A stretch of 64,000 nt of DNA from Patescibacteria group bacterium (GCA_041661685.1 JBAZTY010000001.1:256691-320690); one strand, 5' to 3'; counted from the stretch's first letter, positions 1 through 10,045 are shown. Made by a program: numbers and translations. Notes: generated by a model not told the origin, from the sequence alone.

Positions 1-308
1 TACTCTTCAGCCAGAATTTTATCATCAATCTCCAAAAAATCTGCCAGCCGAAACTATTAATACTATCCGGCTTTTTTGTTAATTATCCGGAAGCTAAAAC
101 TGACCTCTTGCTCGTCGGCACAATCCGGCGCGAGGCCTTCTTGAAGCTCGTCAAAGGATTAGAGAAAGAATTAGGTAGAGAAATAAACTTTACCGTCATG
201 ACCGAACGCGAGTATCGTTATCGCCGCGATGTCATGGACATATTCCTCTATAATATCCTGGAGGGGAAAAAGCTCGTCCTGATAGACGTTCTAAATAAAG
301 AAAACTAA
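1..308 (+). CDS. hypothetical protein, C-terminal part (gene continues beyond left edge)
   Basis: The frame is open from nt 3 with no stop, so the TTG at 108 in the ORF track is internal. Stop at 306-308. The tail GREINFTVMTEREYRYRRDVMDIFLYNIL recalls the C-terminal domain of small wHTH-type proteins common in CPR genomes (from memory, not verified). Confidence 0.5.
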   Translation, partial: LFSQNFIINLQKICQPKLLILSGFFVNYPEAKTDLLLVGTIRREAFLKLVKGLEKELGREINFTVMTEREYRYRRDVMDIFLYNILEGKKLVLIDVLNKEN

Positions 309-312
309 AAAT

Positions 313-2208
313 ATGAAGAATACGAAAAGATACTTAGCTTATTTTCTCAACGCTCTCTGGTCTATCCTGAAATACGCGCTGATTATTGCCGTTATCGGAG
401 TAGTCCTTCTTCTGGTCGCTCTCGGCAGCTCTTATAGAGAACTGCGGGCCGCCGGCGAACAAGGCTTAGCCGGCAAGAATGATATCACGGCCGCTGTCGA
501 CGCGATTAAAGCCCAAGATTGGAAGACCGCCGAAACCTTAGCGGCCAAAGCTCGTTCCGAATTTAACGACGCCTTAGCCAGCCTAGATAAAACCCGCTCT
601 AATCCGGCTATCAAGAATTTCGTCCCCGCCCGCTTACAGATAGATGATTTAGAATATCTTCTCAAGACTGCGGAAATACTCAGCCGCTCTTTAGAGAGAG
701 GGCTGCCGATTGCTAGCGGATTAAGCCAAATAAGCGTCGAGGCCGGCAATCGTAATTTTACTGATTTATCGGAAACGGATAAGAGCCGTTTCTTAAAAAT
801 GATCTATGAATCAGAACCGGAACTCAACGGCCTGAAGGCTAATATCGATCTCGCGCTGCTCAACCTTGATAAGATCCATAAGATCGGCATCCTGTGGCCG
901 ATATACAGCCAGATCAGCGATATTAAGCTGGAACTTATTCAAGCTTCTGAACTATTAGGCAAAACCACCCCCCTCATCAAGTTGCTTCCAGCCTTAGCCG
1001 GTTATCCTAATGCCAGCCGCTTCCTGATTATTCTCCAGAATAACGACGAACTGCGCCCGACCGGCGGCTTCATCGGCGTTTACGGAATATTAGAAAGCCG
1101 AAACGGCGAAATAGTTTCGATTGATACTGACGACAGTTATCATATCGACATGCCAGCTTCACTATCTGATAAATGGAAAACGGAAGCGCCGGCGCCTCTG
1201 AAAAAATATCTCAAAGTCGAGAAATGGTATTTCCGCGATTCTAATTGGTCGCCTGATTGGCCGACCTCGGCTAAGAATATCAACGATATCTTCCTAGGCG
1301 AAAGTGCCGCCATCGGCACTAGTACTAAACCATTTACCGGCATAGTCGCCATCACGCCAGACTTTATCGGAGATCTATTCAATCTGGTTGGGCCGATAAT
1401 CATTCGCGGCCAGACTTACGACGCTACTAACTTCCAGCCGCTTCTGCAATATAATGTCGAAGTCGCTTATAAAGACCAAGCCATATCTTCATGGGATCGC
1501 AAGAATATCGTCGACGAATTGATGAACGAACTCAAGAGCCGCTTATTCAAGCTGGGCGCAGATAAACTAGGCGAGCTTATTAAGATCACTGATAACAACA
1601 TCGCTGAGAAGAATATCCAGGCCTATTTCTTAAATGCCGGCTGGCAAGGTCTGGCTAAAGATATGGGTATAAGCGGGGAAATGAAAAACCCCGCGAGCGA
1701 TTACCTGATGGTCGTCGACGCTAATCTCGGCGCCTTCAAGAGCGATGCCGTCGTCAAAAAAGACCTATCTTATACTCTTAATCAGAACACCAACGGACTG
1801 AGCGCCGCTATCCGGCTTGATTATCATCATGAGGGCGGATTTGACTGGCGGACGACTCGCTACCGCAGCTATACGCGCATCTATGCGCCTTTAGGGAGCC
1901 GTTTAATAAGCTTAAAGGGCGTAGACGAAACTACTGCCGATATCAGCGCTACCGACGACCCTAAGCTCAATAAGACCGTCTTCGGCTTCTTCTGGACCAT
2001 AGAGCCAGGAACTAGCGCCAGCGCCGTCCTGAGTTATAATCTGCCGGACAGGATCAATATCCAGATGAAAGCCGGAGCCTATGAGTTATTCGTCCAGCGC
2101 CAGGCCGGCTCCCGCATTAATTCCTTAAAAGCTATCTACAAACCTTTAACCGGAAAAACTAAGGAATGGAGCGACAATCTTAATGCTGATAAGAGCTTTA
2201 AATTTTAA
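313..2208 (+). CDS. DUF4012-like membrane-anchored envelope protein
   Basis: 631-aa ORF with an N-terminal TM helix (ALIIAVIGVVLLLVALG). The motif ILQNNDELRPTGGFIGVYG matches the signature I associate with DUF4012. It starts 4 nt after the upstream gene. Confidence 0.6.
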   Translation: MKNTKRYLAYFLNALWSILKYALIIAVIGVVLLLVALGSSYRELRAAGEQGLAGKNDITAAVDAIKAQDWKTAETLAAKARSEFNDALASLDKTRSNPAIKNFVPARLQIDDLEYLLKTAEILSRSLERGLPIASGLSQISVEAGNRNFTDLSETDKSRFLKMIYESEPELNGLKANIDLALLNLDKIHKIGILWPIYSQISDIKLELIQASELLGKTTPLIKLLPALAGYPNASRFLIILQNNDELRPTGGFIGVYGILESRNGEIVSIDTDDSYHIDMPASLSDKWKTEAPAPLKKYLKVEKWYFRDSNWSPDWPTSAKNINDIFLGESAAIGTSTKPFTGIVAITPDFIGDLFNLVGPIIIRGQTYDATNFQPLLQYNVEVAYKDQAISSWDRKNIVDELMNELKSRLFKLGADKLGELIKITDNNIAEKNIQAYFLNAGWQGLAKDMGISGEMKNPASDYLMVVDANLGAFKSDAVVKKDLSYTLNQNTNGLSAAIRLDYHHEGGFDWRTTRYRSYTRIYAPLGSRLISLKGVDETTADISATDDPKLNKTVFGFFWTIEPGTSASAVLSYNLPDRINIQMKAGAYELFVQRQAGSRINSLKAIYKPLTGKTKEWSDNLNADKSFKF

Positions 2209-2240
2209 CTATAGTTTATAAAGACATTAGGAAAGAAAAA

Positions 2241-2272
2241 AGATGACCAAAAAAATACGGCCATCTTTTTTT
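2241..2272 (+). terminator. rho-independent terminator after the DUF4012-like gene
   Basis: Stem AGATGACC / GGCCATCT (one A-C mismatch), 10-nt loop, then T6. Confidence 0.6.
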
Positions 2273-2286
2273 ATATGCAATTCCTC

Positions 2287-2315
2287 TTGACTAAAACCTA
2301 AAAATATTATATAGT
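2287..2315 (+). promoter_or_regulatory. sigma70-type promoter for the GHL15-like gene
   Basis: TTGACT (2287-2292), 17-nt spacer, TATAGT (2310-2315). It lies about 70 nt upstream of the ATG at 2384. Confidence 0.55.
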
Positions 2316-2383
2316 GTACAGTCAATCAATTTGACGTTTATATCTGTAAATTAACAATAAAATAATATAAAAACCAAAAAAAC

Positions 2384-3406
2384 ATGAAAAATCTCCTTTT
2401 ATTTTCACTGATCATGCTACTGGCCCCGGCTATTGCTTTGGGGCAGAGAACAAAAGGGACTGTTTACGGGACTTGCCCTTGGCTAGGCCCGCACGCAGCC
2501 GATAGCTTGGCACGTTTTGATTTTGTAATCTTAGACATGGAAAACATGTTTAATAATTACGATTCTCTAGTAAAGATCAAAAAAATCAATCCAAAAATCA
2601 AGCTTATCTGCTATAGCAACCCTATGGAGATATTTGACCCCAGAATAGGCGGACGCCCTCTGCAAAATTCTTGGACAGATGAAATATATGCTAAATACCA
2701 AAGTTGGCTATTAAAAACCAACAAAGGGAATAAAGCAATATTTTATCATGGCATGCGGATGATGAATCTAAGTTCAGCCTGTCCGAAGATAAATGGCGTT
2801 ATCTATAGCGAATGGATGGCCAATATCCTCTTGACTAAGGCGCTGAAAGATACTATCTGGGATGGCTACACCATGGATAACTCCGGCGGTAATTGTGCTT
2901 GGATGTATTCTGGCAAAGAAAAGATCGATGCCGATAATGACGGCAAGCCGGATGCCGATACTACTTTGGACAGGACTTGGTCGGAAGGGATACGTATTTT
3001 CTTGACGAAGATACGTCAGGCAAAAGGGAAGGATTTCATTATTATAGGAAATAAAGGAAGTGTGGAATTCTCTGATCTGTTCGACGGAAAAATATTCGAG
3101 GATTGGCCTAATGATTATCTAGGCGATAAACGCGATAACGGCTGGTGGCAATGCATGGCCAACGCCAAGAAAACCGGGCCCTATACGATTTTCCAGGTTT
3201 CTGAAAAGAACCTGAAATTCGCCATCGCCAGCGCAGCACTCCTCGATAACGTCCATGTCGCGGTTTGGCAGAACAACTATAAATTCTATCCGGAATTCAG
3301 GATAGATTTCGGCAAACCGATTGATACCTTCAGGCAATACGAAAATGCCGTCATTGAAGTCGATCCGGCAAAAAAAGAAGCAAAAATCTTCATCCTGAAA
3401 AAATGA
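2384..3406 (+). CDS. secreted GHL15/GH114-like putative glycoside hydrolase (TIM-barrel type)
   Basis: Signal peptide MKNLLLFSLIMLLAPAIALG. Shares FDFVILDME, INPKIKL, WDGYxxDN, IDADNDGKPD and GKDFIIIGN with the N-terminal domain of the 680-aa protein at 27996-30038, so the two are clear paralogs. The family name is from memory of the GHL15 pattern. Confidence 0.55.
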   Translation: MKNLLLFSLIMLLAPAIALGQRTKGTVYGTCPWLGPHAADSLARFDFVILDMENMFNNYDSLVKIKKINPKIKLICYSNPMEIFDPRIGGRPLQNSWTDEIYAKYQSWLLKTNKGNKAIFYHGMRMMNLSSACPKINGVIYSEWMANILLTKALKDTIWDGYTMDNSGGNCAWMYSGKEKIDADNDGKPDADTTLDRTWSEGIRIFLTKIRQAKGKDFIIIGNKGSVEFSDLFDGKIFEDWPNDYLGDKRDNGWWQCMANAKKTGPYTIFQVSEKNLKFAIASAALLDNVHVAVWQNNYKFYPEFRIDFGKPIDTFRQYENAVIEVDPAKKEAKIFILKK

Positions 3407-3412
3407 AACACT

Positions 3413-3450
3413 AAGGCCAATCAAGACACGAAGTTTGATTGGCCTTTTTT
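3413..3450 (+). terminator. rho-independent terminator
   Basis: Perfect 12-bp stem AAGGCCAATCAA / TTGATTGGCCTT, 10-nt loop, then a T-run. Confidence 0.85.
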
Positions 3451-3458
3451 ATTAAATA

Positions 3459-4790
3459 ATGTATTATTTAACATATATGATAGAGACTTTATCGATTCTA
3501 GCGTTAGTTATGGTTCTAGCCGCCTTCCTGGCTTGGCCGGAAATCAGCTTATACGCTTTGACCGCTTGTCTGCCAGTTATCGGCTGGGATTTTTATTGGC
3601 ATGGCTTTATTCTGCCTTTAGCTGATCTAGTCGCCTTGCTCGCCCTGACGGCATTCTTCGCTCGCTTCATTTATCAGCGATTTTTCAAAGTGGCCAAACC
3701 GCTTAAATTGAAATGGCCGCTTTTCTTACCTTTCGCTATTTTTCTGCTCATTAGCGTCATCTCATCGCTATTAGCAAAAAATCCGCTTTATTCGCTTTGG
3801 TATGTTGCCCGCTGGCCTTTGTTCTTATATTTCGCCTATATTTTCTTGCCATATAACCTCGTCACTAGCGGCCGATTATTCAGAAAAACCTTGATGGCTT
3901 TAGCTTTAAGCTCAACCATAGTATTAATCAGCGGCTATCTTTCTTTATACGGACAAGATTGGCAAGACAGTTTCTTCCGCATTAGATCGATTGCCTGGTT
4001 CGGCGTTTTTCCTTTTGGAGAAAATCATAATCTGATAGCCGAGTTCTTGAACGTCGGCGCCCTTATTTTCTTGGCTCTCAGAGAATTTTATGAAGACAGC
4101 CGTGTCAGGCGCTGGTGCGATATCGCCTTTGCTCTGACTTCTATGGGAATCGTTCTGACTTTTTCTCGAGCCGGCTGGATCACTTTAGCTTTGCAGATCA
4201 TCATTTATATCATATATAAAACCGATCAGAAAAAACGCTTGAATACTATCTTTGCTTTATTCGGAATAGTCCTGATCATGTCGCCTCTCCTATGGAAAAT
4301 GGATCAGCTCCAAAAAGATAATGTCAGTTCGACCGAGAATCGCGTATTGTTGACGGAAATCTCTCTCGCGGCCTTCCATGAACGCCCCTTCCTAGGTTTC
4401 GGCAGCGGCGAATTCATTAATCTCGTGGGGGATAATATCAGGTTTACCGCCAAGTACGGAGAACCGATAGATTCGCACGGCATGTTGCAGAAAGTATTGG
4501 CGGAAAATGGCATCTTCGGGCTAGCCGCCTGGCTCTTCATACTGGCTTATCTGCTCCGAATCGGCTACTTAACGATACGCCATTATTATCGCGATAATCC
4601 CTGGATATTGCCGCTCGGTTTGGCCGCGGCGGGCGGACTGTTCTTCCAATTTTTCAATACGTCGTATTATAAAGGAAAGGTCTGGCTGCCGGTCACTCTT
4701 TTCTTATTAGCCGCCAGGCTGCTGGAAACGAAATACCAGAAAAGACAGAAACAAATGAATGCTTATGAAGATGCCGCAGAAAAAAATTAA
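3459..4790 (+). CDS. O-antigen ligase / polymerase family (Wzy_C-like) polytopic membrane protein
   Basis: 443 aa with about 10 hydrophobic segments. The central loop LTFSRAGWITLALQ is typical of the O-antigen ligase family. Confidence 0.7.
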   Translation: MYYLTYMIETLSILALVMVLAAFLAWPEISLYALTACLPVIGWDFYWHGFILPLADLVALLALTAFFARFIYQRFFKVAKPLKLKWPLFLPFAIFLLISVISSLLAKNPLYSLWYVARWPLFLYFAYIFLPYNLVTSGRLFRKTLMALALSSTIVLISGYLSLYGQDWQDSFFRIRSIAWFGVFPFGENHNLIAEFLNVGALIFLALREFYEDSRVRRWCDIAFALTSMGIVLTFSRAGWITLALQIIIYIIYKTDQKKRLNTIFALFGIVLIMSPLLWKMDQLQKDNVSSTENRVLLTEISLAAFHERPFLGFGSGEFINLVGDNIRFTAKYGEPIDSHGMLQKVLAENGIFGLAAWLFILAYLLRIGYLTIRHYYRDNPWILPLGLAAAGGLFFQFFNTSYYKGKVWLPVTLFLLAARLLETKYQKRQKQMNAYEDAAEKN

Positions 4791-5892
4791 GATCGTTTAC
4801 CTCCTGCCGACTTTAGACAAGGGAGGCGCCGAAAGGATGGTTGTCGATCTGATTCTCAATCTGGATCGTTCGATTTTCGAGCCGACTCTCATCCTATTCA
4901 AGCGAGGCGGGGGATGGCTCACCGAATTAGCGACCGAGAATATTCCGGTCGTTATCCTTGAAAAAAGAAAAAAAATAGATCTGTCGAATCTTTTTAGTCT
5001 CTTGCGTGCCATCAGAAAGATTCAACCACAAATAGTTCATACTCATCTAGGCGGAGATTATTACAGTTGTGCGATTTCCAGACTGACCGACGTACCAGTC
5101 ATCTTGTCCACAGAACATAATGTCAACTCGGATGAAAGCTTCTGGCGGAATATTCTCAAAAGAATCAATAATCGAGCGGCTGATGAAATTGTGGCTATTT
5201 CCGATGCCGTCAAAAATGATATTGTTTCTCGCTACCACTTAGCAGCGCAAAAGATCTCGGTCATCAAAAACGGCGTAGATACGGCCAAATTTTTAAAAGC
5301 GGCAAAAATAAGAAAAAACGAATCAGGACCCGAATCTAATCATAAGGTTATTTTCGGCACCATGGGCCGATTAAGCCCGCAAAAAGGGCACCTGGTCCTG
5401 ATCGAAGCTTGGAAAACCGTAAAACCGGGTATTGATTGCTTGATTGCCGGCACCGGTCCCTTAGAAAAAGATTTGGAAGAAAAAATAAAAAAAGACGGCT
5501 TAAAAGATAGGATAAAATTAATCGGTCCAATTTCCGATCCGGCTGCTTTCTTGAATTCATTAGACGCTTTCGTCTTTCCTTCAATATGGGAAGGACTCGG
5601 GCTAGTTCTTTTGGAAGCCGGCTTAGTCGGATTACCGATTATCACTTCCAAAATAGACGGAACTGTGGAAATCGTTGATGGGGAAACCGGTTGGCTGGTT
5701 CCGGCTGGAAACGCTGTCGCTTTAGCCGCCAAAATAAATTGGCTAGCCGATAATCTGAATGAAGCATCAGTAATATCCAAGACAGAGAAGCTGCGGAAAA
5801 AAATCATTTCTAATTTTAGCATCACAGACGCAGCTATAAGATATCAAGCCTTATATCGCGATTTATTGAAACGAAAAAATCTAAGTTTATGA
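4759..5892 (+). CDS. glycosyltransferase family 4
   Basis: N-terminal IVYLLPTLDKGGAERMV. C-terminal FVFPSIWEGLGLVLLEAGLVGLPIITS carries the E-x7-E GT4 motif. Overlaps the upstream gene. The start may instead be the ATG at 4771 (MPQKKIKIVY). Confidence 0.85.
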   Translation: MLMKMPQKKIKIVYLLPTLDKGGAERMVVDLILNLDRSIFEPTLILFKRGGGWLTELATENIPVVILEKRKKIDLSNLFSLLRAIRKIQPQIVHTHLGGDYYSCAISRLTDVPVILSTEHNVNSDESFWRNILKRINNRAADEIVAISDAVKNDIVSRYHLAAQKISVIKNGVDTAKFLKAAKIRKNESGPESNHKVIFGTMGRLSPQKGHLVLIEAWKTVKPGIDCLIAGTGPLEKDLEEKIKKDGLKDRIKLIGPISDPAAFLNSLDAFVFPSIWEGLGLVLLEAGLVGLPIITSKIDGTVEIVDGETGWLVPAGNAVALAAKINWLADNLNEASVISKTEKLRKKIISNFSITDAAIRYQALYRDLLKRKNLSL

Positions 5893-7115
5893 AGATACTG
5901 CAAGTCAATAAATTTTATTACCCTCGGGGCGGCGCCGATAAATATTTCCTCTGGCTGACAGGCGCTTTAAAAAAAGCCGGACACGAAGTGGCAGTCTTCT
6001 CTATGGAACACCCCAAGAACCTGCCGACTCCTTGGAGCCTCTATTTCGCTTCTAGAATCAGCTTTAATGAAGGAGGGGTCATGGACAAACTAAAAGCTCC
6101 TGGACGAGTTCTCTATAGTTTTTCCGTCAGAAAAAAATTCAGCCGCTTAATAAAAGATTTCCGGCCCGATGTCATTCATATTCATAATATTTATCATCAT
6201 CTTTCTCCTTCGATATTAACCGTGGCTGGACGCAACCATATACCGGTTGTGATGCATCTGCATGATTATAAGCTGATTTCTCCTGACTATAATCTTCTTA
6301 ACGCGGCCGCTGGCAGTAAAAGAGATGCTCGGCCCAAAAAATATTATCAATATCTCTTCAGCCGGGACGTCAAAGACTCATACGCGGCCACCGTTTTAGC
6401 GGTTGTAGAAATGTATTTGCATCATTCCATCTTGAATATCTATCGCAAGAACGTCAGCGTCTTTATCGCTCCCAGCAGATTCATGAAGGACGCCGTCGTC
6501 AAAGCCGGCTGGCCGGAAGATAAAATCTCGGTAGTTTATAACCCCTATAGCCCCGATCTTGAGGCGGAAACGCCGACAGGAAAGAACCCGGCAGTCGAAG
6601 ATTATCTCTTTTATTTCGGCCGCTTAAATTCTGAAAAGGGAATCGCTACTTTAATCAAGGCCGCGGCCAGAATCAGCCAGAAAGTGAAGATTGCCGGAAT
6701 CGGCCCGGAAGAATCAGCCTTGAAAAAAATAACCGAGGAATTAAAAGCTCAAGTAGAATTTTTAGGATTCCAGGCGGCTGCTGAATTGCGACCTTTGATT
6801 ACCGGCGCCAAAGCCGTAATCATTCCTTCCATCTGGCCGGAGAATATGCCCCTAAGCCTGTTGGAAGCTATGAATCTCGGAAAGATAGTCATTGCCGCGC
6901 GCATCGGCGGATTACCGGAAATAATCAAAGACGGAGAGAACGGCTTACTATTCAATCCCGGCGACGAGGATGACCTGATACGCCAAATCAAGCGTCTAGA
7001 CAGCGTCGACCGCGAAAAATTAAGCCGGGCGGCCACCGCCACAGCCAGCAATTTTTCACCGGAAAATAATCTGACAGAAATAATCCATATCTATAAACAT
7101 GTCATTCGCTTATAA
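5889..7115 (+). CDS. glycosyltransferase family 4
   Basis: MKILQVNKFYYPRGGADKY at the N-terminus and IIPSIWPENMPLSLLEAMNLGKIVIA at the C-terminus. ATGA overlap with the upstream GT4 gene. Confidence 0.85.
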   Translation: MKILQVNKFYYPRGGADKYFLWLTGALKKAGHEVAVFSMEHPKNLPTPWSLYFASRISFNEGGVMDKLKAPGRVLYSFSVRKKFSRLIKDFRPDVIHIHNIYHHLSPSILTVAGRNHIPVVMHLHDYKLISPDYNLLNAAAGSKRDARPKKYYQYLFSRDVKDSYAATVLAVVEMYLHHSILNIYRKNVSVFIAPSRFMKDAVVKAGWPEDKISVVYNPYSPDLEAETPTGKNPAVEDYLFYFGRLNSEKGIATLIKAAARISQKVKIAGIGPEESALKKITEELKAQVEFLGFQAAAELRPLITGAKAVIIPSIWPENMPLSLLEAMNLGKIVIAARIGGLPEIIKDGENGLLFNPGDEDDLIRQIKRLDSVDREKLSRAATATASNFSPENNLTEIIHIYKHVIRL

Positions 7116-7734
7116 GATTTCCGGCTACAATCGCCGCCGCAAATACCAAGAGTTCCTAAAATTCTTAAAGCCGTCGCCCGACGACGCTATCTTAGACGTC
7201 GGCTTCAATGCTGAAGAGTATAGCGCCGGCGACAACTTTTTAGAGAAAAATTATCCTTACCCTAAAAAAATCACCGCCCTGGGGATTAACGAACCGGGAA
7301 AATTTTCCAATCTTTACCCTGAAGTTAAAGCTGTGATTTATGATGGAAAGAAGTTTCCATTCCCAGACCAAACGTTCGATATCGTCTGGTCTAACGCCGT
7401 CCTGGAACATGTCGGATCACAATCTGACCAGATATTTTTCTTAAAAGAAATCAAGCGGGTAGGGAAGAGCTTCTTTGTCACTACGCCTAACAAAAATTTC
7501 CCTATCGAGATACACACCCGCACTCCTTTCCTGCATTTTCTTCCCAAAAAAATCTTTGACGCCTATTTGAAAACGGTTGGAAAAAGCTGGGCGGCCGGCT
7601 CTTACATGAATCTCCTGAGCCGCCGACAGCTAAGCGGCTTATTGGCAGAAGCGGGAATAAAAGATTACGCGATAATCAAGAATCGCCTGGCCGGCTTGAC
7701 GCTGGATTTCGTCGTTATCAGTCTAAAAAAATAA
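7099..7734 (+). CDS. class I SAM-dependent methyltransferase
   Basis: ILDVGFNAEE (motif I-like) and FDIVWSNAVLEHV (Methyltransf_11-like). 17-nt overlap with the upstream GT4 gene. Confidence 0.7.
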   Translation: MSFAYKISGYNRRRKYQEFLKFLKPSPDDAILDVGFNAEEYSAGDNFLEKNYPYPKKITALGINEPGKFSNLYPEVKAVIYDGKKFPFPDQTFDIVWSNAVLEHVGSQSDQIFFLKEIKRVGKSFFVTTPNKNFPIEIHTRTPFLHFLPKKIFDAYLKTVGKSWAAGSYMNLLSRRQLSGLLAEAGIKDYAIIKNRLAGLTLDFVVISLKK

Positions 7735-7758
7735 AAACCCCGGTATCCCGGGGTTTTT
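7734..7758. terminator. bidirectional rho-independent terminator
   Basis: AAAACCCCGG-TATC-CCGGGGTTTT, flanked by an A-run and a T-run. It lies between convergent genes. Confidence 0.9.
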
Positions 7759-7795
7759 AAATATATTTATCTTCTAATTATCTTATCGGCAACCC

Positions 7796-9070
7796 TTATT
7801 CGGCAATCCTGAAGTCGATGCTGTAAGTCAATTTAGAGGCAACGCCGTTCACTTTGATATCGACGCGTTCTGGCTTAACATCAGGAACCGTCAGGGTCTG
7901 GGTGAATCGGCCGCGACTGTCAGCTTTTCCGTCAGTTTCAATGCCGGCGAAATATATCTTAAGATTTTCATTAGACAGATATCCGCCGCCGCTCAACTTG
8001 ACCGAAGCTGCGGCAGCACCGGAATTGTGATCCAAGTTCAGATAAAGATTTTCTGCCGGAGCATCTTCAGCATCTTCTGTCATCTGATAATCAGCGAGTT
8101 TATTCAAATTCTCATCCAAGACTAAGATGCTGGAATTATTGAAGACAACCACCTTATCTCCCTTGGCATAGACCGCCTTAAGGCCCATCGCCCAACCGCG
8201 CGCGCCGGCTAAATTCAAAGTTTCCTGAGAATCGGCCAGCTTCATGGTATTCTTACCTAATTTGACCACGCCAAAACCGTTAGAGAAATAAACATAATCA
8301 TTATATCCGGAAGCAGATACGTCATAGCCCTGATAATCGACATGCTCGAAGCTGCCCAATAGGTGGCCGCTAAGATCAAATTTCTTGAAATAATAATCAT
8401 CCGCTAGATAGACAAAGCCGCTTTCATCCTGATAAACTCTATGGTTATCGGTATTATTTTTGTAATTAAGGGCAATCTTAGCAGAAACTTCGCGAGTTTC
8501 GCGATTAAAGACATATAAATAATTATCCTGGATATTGAAAATATACAGACCGTTATCGGCGTGGATATTATAAGGATTCTGCTTGTTAGTGAAAGAATAG
8601 GCATCGACGACATCCATTAATTTCGTGTTCCAAACCTTAACTCCCTTGTCGCTGATGGTGACTATGTTATCGCCGAACTTATCAATCTGCGTATACCATT
8701 CCCAATAGCTATTCGTCTTCTTGACGATTTCTTGAACCTGATTGCCGCTTATTTGATACTTATACAGATTGAAGCCACTGACGGCATAGACAAATAATTG
8801 CCCATCCTCTTCAGAGAACTTGGCGCCATAGAAGTTATCCCGGCTGCCTAATCTGGTATCAAGCGCCTTAACTTTAACCAGGGTCTGCAATTCTTTATCT
8901 TCCAGCTTTAGCACCTCTAAACTGCCGGTGTTAGTAGAAGCTACATAGACTTCATTATTGAAGCTGATAGCATCTCCGGAATAATAATTCTTTGTTTTAC
9001 TCTGCCCTTGACTGACAAGTGCAAAAACAGCCAATAAAACAATAAACGATAGGAAAGCGATTTTTTTCAT
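7796..9070 (-). CDS. secreted beta-propeller-like protein with C-terminal Ig-like domain
   Basis: The ORF-track start (9139) is a TTG. The ATG at 9070 gives MKKIAFLSFIVLLAVFALVSQG, a clean signal peptide. The body has repeated hydrophobic/aromatic blade-like segments. The C-terminal 80 aa look Ig-like. Confidence 0.7.
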   Translation of the reverse strand: MKKIAFLSFIVLLAVFALVSQGQSKTKNYYSGDAISFNNEVYVASTNTGSLEVLKLEDKELQTLVKVKALDTRLGSRDNFYGAKFSEEDGQLFVYAVSGFNLYKYQISGNQVQEIVKKTNSYWEWYTQIDKFGDNIVTISDKGVKVWNTKLMDVVDAYSFTNKQNPYNIHADNGLYIFNIQDNYLYVFNRETREVSAKIALNYKNNTDNHRVYQDESGFVYLADDYYFKKFDLSGHLLGSFEHVDYQGYDVSASGYNDYVYFSNGFGVVKLGKNTMKLADSQETLNLAGARGWAMGLKAVYAKGDKVVVFNNSSILVLDENLNKLADYQMTEDAEDAPAENLYLNLDHNSGAAAASVKLSGGGYLSNENLKIYFAGIETDGKADSRGRFTQTLTVPDVKPERVDIKVNGVASKLTYSIDFRIAE

Positions 9071-9135
9071 ATTTTTACCAATTATTTTTTTGCTAATATT
9101 ATACAAAGATAATATATTTTTAAACAATTCTCCTA

Positions 9136-9226
9136 ACAATATATCATTTTAATAAAAATGTCAATAGACAAAAATATTGACAGACAAGACCAAAGTATTG
9201 ACAAATAAAAATATTTGTAGTAGGAT
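9136..9226. promoter_or_regulatory. back-to-back divergent promoters sharing TATTGACA boxes
   Basis: Minus strand: TTGACA (complement of 9159-9164), 17 nt, TATTGT (complement of 9136-9141). Plus strand: TTGACA (9198-9203), 17 nt, TAGGAT (9221-9226). A third TATTGACA copy lies at 9175-9182. Confidence 0.5.
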
Positions 9227-9262
9227 AGTATATTAATATAAAAGCAGTATAAAAGACAAAAT

Positions 9263-9937
9263 ATGGAATTTTTAGATTTTATCAAACTATTAGGGAAGAA
9301 AAAGGGGACATTCTTTACTCTGGCTTTCGTCACAGTCCTCTTGACTATACTCATATCTTTAATCGGACCCCTTAACTATGGAGCGAAGTCCCGCCTATTA
9401 TTAATACAAAACTCAAGCGCCAGCGATCCCTATACTCTTTCTAGATCAAACGAATATCTTAGCGGACTCTTGGCTGAAGTAGTCCATTCCGGATCCTTCT
9501 ATAATCTAGTCCTCGCCTCTCCGTATGATATCGATAAGACCCATTTCTCCGGCGATTACAACAAGCAGATGAAACAATGGAATAAGACCGTCAGCACCAA
9601 GACGTATAGCGACACCGGCATAATCGAAATAAATGTCTACCACTCTAATCCTTATCAGGCGCAGCAAATCGCTTTAGCCGTCAATGACATCATCATAAAT
9701 AATAACGCCAGCTACCAAGGAAGCGGCAGCGCAATCAAGATCAACATCATCGACCAGCCGATAGTTTCCAATTATCCAGTTCAACCGAACCTAATAATGA
9801 ACGCGCTTCTGGCTATCGTCGGCGGCCTACTGCTATCATTATTCTACGTTTACATATTTCCAGAAGAGCGCTATGATTTGTCGTTATGGAAAAAGACGAA
9901 AAAAAACAAGATTGGCCACATGATAAAGTTGGACTAA
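9263..9937 (+). CDS. Wzz/polysaccharide co-polymerase-like chain-length determinant protein
   Basis: Two-TM topology: TM1 FFTLAFVTVLLTILISLIG and TM2 LIMNALLAIVGGLLLSLFYVYIF. A Pro-rich segment (PIVSNYPVQPN) sits just before TM2. Confidence 0.6.
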   Translation: MEFLDFIKLLGKKKGTFFTLAFVTVLLTILISLIGPLNYGAKSRLLLIQNSSASDPYTLSRSNEYLSGLLAEVVHSGSFYNLVLASPYDIDKTHFSGDYNKQMKQWNKTVSTKTYSDTGIIEINVYHSNPYQAQQIALAVNDIIINNNASYQGSGSAIKINIIDQPIVSNYPVQPNLIMNALLAIVGGLLLSLFYVYIFPEERYDLSLWKKTKKNKIGHMIKLD

Positions 9938-10045
9938 CGGATGAGATGGATGGCTCGGATCAAATTACACGGTAATTAATAAATTAAAATAATTATTAAA
10001 GTAACTTAAAAAATAACCCTAAGGAGAGGTTCATAAAAATAAAAG

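Noticed and set aside
5340-5825. Long antisense ORFs inside well-supported genes. Examples: 5340-5825, 10780-11307, 13556-13990, 22208-22681, 32675-33076, 40376-40759, 47500-47811, 63148-63507.
   Set aside because: All lie opposite genes with clear family motifs. Their translations are low-complexity or Arg/Ser/Pro-rich, with no motifs, promoters or terminators. These are shadow ORFs.
9159-9203. Inverted repeat TGTCAATA-N8-TATTGACA plus a third TATTGACA, considered as an operator for a dimeric regulator.
   Set aside because: It is more simply explained as back-to-back -35 boxes of two divergent promoters, each with a -10-like hexamer at 17-nt spacing. The extra copy remains unexplained but is weak evidence.
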